NCBI RefSeq assembly: GCF_009914755.1
Contig: NC_060931.1
DNA: 64,000 bases
Strand: one strand, 5' to 3'
From: the human T2T-CHM13v2.0 reference genome, Homo sapiens
Shown: one piece after another, positions 63,671-64,000 of the stretch
How the letters are laid out: every line of letters begins with the position of its first letter
Position numbering within the stretch: the first letter of the stretch is position 1
Notes under the pieces: generated by a model
What the model saw: only the letters and a program-made list of their open reading frames with translations
Told to the model about the DNA's origin: nothing
Databases searched by the model: none
Program-made: the position numbers and the translations under genes

Positions 63671-64000
63671 GCCTCTCTTTGCAGTTTCCTTGAGAAATAT
63701 TTGAAAGACATGACTGTTAGTTCTGTCATTTTCCAGTTTGAAAGCTACCAGTCACATGGGATCATGTAATGGCCACGGTCTCTTTAACACCCTCCAATTT
63801 GAATCTTGGCCCTCTACTTCCTTAGGATATGGCCTAAGCACATCTATCACTTAGCTTTTTTTGGACTTTTGCTCTCATTCAAAAGATAGGAATGTGACTA
63901 CAACATGTTTATTATGTGGATTACACAAGATACAGAACCAAACATAGCACCTAGTACCCAGTAGGACACTTCACAAGGATTTGTCACTACTGTTTGCCTG

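Overview
Human (primate) genomic DNA, almost all intronic and dense in repeats. Two GT-AG coding exons on the + strand (16826-16936 and 28869-29036) encode the C-terminal radical-SAM/wyosine-formation region of tRNA wybutosine synthase TYW1. The near-identical paralog TYW1B cannot be fully excluded. The terminal exon is not in the window. The rest is about 44 Alus, several old L1 relics, seven solo LTRs (THE1 x2, MST, MLT2A, LTR8, MER66-like, one unassigned ERV1) plus a MER68/77-type LTR, DNA-transposon relics (MER33, MER20, MER58, MER47, half MADE1), MIR/L2 and microsatellites. No ORF-track entry is a real standalone protein; only 28848..29219 contains a true exon in frame. I see no clear new 'system'. 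The most interesting observations are: (i) both exons are phase 0 and bracketed by inverted Alus, so a back-spliced circle would be a stop-free reading frame with a strong Kozak ATG; (ii) two 'tailless' 5'-fragment retropseudogenes (U2 snRNA, 5S rRNA) with target-site duplications and microhomology priming; (iii) a compound (ATTTT)n(ATGTT)n pentanucleotide repeat in an Alu tail; (iv) LTRs carrying DUX4, octamer and AP-1 motifs, one with an apparently disabled poly(A) signal. Repeat subfamily names come from recalled consensus sequences, and their boundaries are approximate unless a target-site duplication (TSD) is quoted.
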